The notes beneath the pieces were generated by a model. That model did not search any database. It was not told where the DNA came from and saw only the letters and a list, made by a program, of their open reading frames with translations. A DNA stretch of 64,000 nucleotides from Octopus sinensis (taxonomy: Eukaryota). Shown piece after piece: positions 63,246 to 64,000 of the stretch; position 1 is the stretch's first letter; each line of letters opens with the position of its first letter. Both the position numbers and the translations under genes were made by a program. Location: NCBI RefSeq assembly GCF_006345805.1, contig NC_043007.1:38812001-38876000 (forward strand). Reading direction: 5' to 3'.

Positions 63246-64000
63246 AAAGACATACAGATATTGTTGTATAGTAAAACTGTACCACCCCTCCCAGTAAAAA
63301 GTGGTAGTAGCCAGCCATTACAAATAGACCAGTAGCCAGTCGGAAGGTTGAGAGTATGTGTAGACTGTGTTAATAGTCATGTCTGTGCTGATATAGTAAT
63401 TATACTGAGTGGACGTTATAATGATCCAACCTCTTGAGGATGATAACACTGTACAACTGGGGGTTGTACAGTGCCAGATGGAACCAGCCTATCGATGACT
63501 TCGGAACATAACAATATCTGTCAGAGCAACAACCGTCATCAAAAGACAGATCAAACAGTGGCAAAAGACTGCTTACAACATATATACACACACACACACA
63601 CATATATATATATATTGACAAGACTAAAAATAAGGATTACTTCTAAATAGCAATAGCATTACCTTTAATTCTATAATTATATACTGCCTTTCAAAGACCA
63701 ACATGTTTCAATTGCACCTACTAGTAATCGTTACAATTGCAACCTTACTATAAAACGGTCCAGTCTCTTGAGGGTCTTAATTGATATCTCTTGCTATGGC
63801 CATTTAATGATTTTCTTTTATAAATTCTGCATTGTATAATGTAGAGCTGATGCAAACAATCTCTATTTCAAGTTCTAATGGGATAATCATTTTTAGTCCA
63901 TCATTTGAAAACCTTCTATAGCTTAACCCTTCCATTACTGTATTTCTGTTGAGATGCTCTGTGTTTCTTTCAATTACTTTAAATATAGCAAGGAATTTAA

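Noticed and set aside
63430-63510. TGAGGATG followed by an 11-bp hairpin
   Set aside because: Core and GAAA too degenerate to call; may be a very old relic.

Overview
AT-rich, repeat-dense eukaryotic DNA. The SINE families and microsatellite load look cephalopod (octopus-like); this is an inference from remembered repeat consensus sequences, not a search. One host gene can be reconstructed by eye: a plus-strand WFDC1/ps20-like gene with 7 coding exons (14555-14827, 31716-31926, 39598-39639, 42934-42975, 43901-44053, 49012-49126, 53672-53720; all GT-AG, phases consistent, 294 aa). It encodes a signal peptide, an 8-Cys WAP domain, the WFDC1-specific PLLCPxGYxCHI...IPNRGxC domain, and a short 4-Cys VWC/FnI-like tail. 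The rest is tRNA-derived SINEs, RTE-tail repeats, Helitrons (two carrying PIF1-helicase fragments), mariner, Tc2-like and hAT MITEs, and LINE remnants (Tx1/L1, RTE, R4/Dong, CR1/L2). The most striking non-obvious signal is about ten minimal type I hammerhead-ribozyme motifs from several unrelated sequence families (CUGANGA - stem II - GAAA - palindromic stem III - GUH). Most sit in or beside fold-back inverted repeats next to (TA)n tracts, as expected for Penelope-like/retrozyme elements. One inverted copy starts within 1 nt of the predicted cleavage site, and all four copies on the sense strand of the gene have broken catalytic cores. Nearly all entries in the supplied ORF track are microsatellite or SINE artefacts.
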